Origin: Somniosus microcephalus
Lineage: Eukaryota
Assembly: GCA_052327205.1 (NCBI GenBank)
Contig: CM126211.1
Span: 153,264,001-153,328,000 of the forward strand
Reading direction: 5' to 3'
DNA length: 64,000 bases
Translations under genes and position numbers: made by a program
Notes under the pieces: model-generated
What the model was told of the DNA's origin: nothing
Databases searched by the model: none
What the model saw: only the letters and a program-made list of their open reading frames with translations
Shown: piece by piece, positions 62,529 through 64,000 of the stretch
How positions within the stretch are numbered: the stretch's first letter is position 1
Layout: each line of letters starts with the position of its first letter

Positions 62529-62789
62529 CATGAGTATTACGTGACACCTGAATCAACTGTACCCCATTTATTTAGTCGAAAGTCCGAACCGATGAAAATC
62601 TTTGGTGTGTTGAGAAACAAGTGAACATTTCTGTATACTCTATACAGAGGTACACAGAATACCCAAGCTATCTTTGAAACCTTTCTATCTTGCAATGTAA
62701 TAGCTACTGGACATCTAAGTTTGGATACATTCAACTTTGTACGAATTGGATGGCACCATGGGCAAGCACACTGTATCGTTTATCTATAT

Positions 62790-63190
62790 GGAGCCTAGCT
62801 CCGTGACCTGAGTACTATAGGCTGGCACTCCAGTGCAGGACTAAGGGGGTGCCATCATAGTTGGAAGTGCCCCGATTCACACCGGACAGTAAACTGATGC
62901 CTCATTTGCCTATTTCAGCGATTCAGGTTGACGCTAACGATTTCTTGGCATTATTCAAAGAATTGCAGGGAGCTCTCCCAGTGTCCTGGCTAACATTCTT
63001 CCGTTAACCAACATTATTAAAAACACATTAACTGGTCATTCATTTAATTGCTGTGTGATCCTGGTGTTGCAAAATGGCTGCTGCTCTCCCCTATATAACA
63101 ATATAGTGACTGTTCCAAAATCATTCATTGTATGTGAAGCATTGCGAGACATTTCTGGCAGACTTGGTAAGATGTTTTATGCCCCCTATA
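62790..63190 (+). mobile_element. Deu-domain SINE (SacSINE1/AmnSINE1-like), old
   Basis: ggcattattcaaagaattgcagggagctctcccagtgtcctggctaacatt...aactggtcattcatttaattgctg...aaaatggctgctg, recognised as the Deu core. Confidence 0.65.
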
Positions 63191-64000
63191 TGAAGTAAAT
63201 TTAAACCAGTTCTCAATTGGTGTGGCATCACAGAACAAAACTGATAATAATCTAGCAGACATTGGCAAGCCCACCCAGGCGATGTAAAATTCACACTGAT
63301 GCAATAAGGAGCACTCTCTTCTGAGTTTAGGGTTAAAGCACATTACCAAGGCAAAGGAATGGGGTTTACTCTGCATCTAGCCCACACTGTTCCTGATCAA
63401 GTAGCACTTTGACATTGACACCAGGCACTATTTTCCATTCCCTGGTACTGACATGCCTTACCTTGAAGAAAAACATCCTCAGAAAAAAGTGATTCAAATC
63501 TGAGCCTTATTTATGTGTGGCATATGGTAAATTCAGGAGCATATGAGAGAAAATAGCCATTGAAATATCTTGAACAGTGATACAAGATTGTCAGAGAGTA
63601 ATTTGTGTGTTACAGGACTTAAGTTATATGTTGAGCTGGTTGCCCTCGCTTTTTTACTGGCTGAAAGTTTGTCTCTATGTACTGCCCATATCATGGACTT
63701 CCTTTCAGGGTCTTCAACAGTCAATGAACCTTTCTTGTCAAAACCTGGGAATCACCCCAACAAATTTGCTCTCAGTGAAAGAACGAATTATGTCAAGCAT
63801 TCAGAGCTGGACCTGTTGGACCCTCATTTTCAACCTCTAGGTAAGCTCCTTATTTCCCTCTATTTCACCTCACCCTATTTCCTTGTACCAAGCCACTACT
63901 ATACATTGTTGTTTTTGAATAACCACGTTTATCCTGCTCTTTTTCCAATTAGTGGGAAATTGGATACCAGAAGGTCACTCTCACTAACACATTAGAGATA

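Noticed and set aside
42400-64000. Short ORFs downstream of POU3F3, including 49315-49767 and 63570-63995
   Set aside because: No recognisable domains, mostly non-ATG starts, and lengths expected by chance. lncRNA exons cannot be placed from sequence alone.

Overview
Vertebrate genomic DNA, inferred to be from a cartilaginous fish (shark-like CR1, L2, tRNA-SINE and Deu-SINE repertoire). There is one host protein-coding gene, an uninterrupted POU3F3 (Brn-1) ORF at 39349-40521 (+), inside a ~31 kb CpG-rich, nearly transposon-free domain (~31.2-62.7 kb). The first ~31 kb is a nested transposon mosaic. Its centrepiece is a full-length 4370-bp PIF/Harbinger DNA transposon (19328-23697) with 16-bp TIRs and a TAA target duplication. 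It carries an open DDE transposase ORF (second catalytic Asp replaced by Val) and a convergent three-exon Myb/SANT partner gene (507 aa predicted) with an 11-residue repeat block. Also present: a non-coding 33-bp tandem array inside that element, an 877-bp non-autonomous relative at 10127-11003, three Penelope-type minimal hammerhead motifs, a structured-RNA candidate in a double-tailed CR1 3' end, a Rex1/Babar LINE nested in CR1, and a ~5 kb strand-switching CA/TG tract. All family assignments are by visual recognition; no searches were run.
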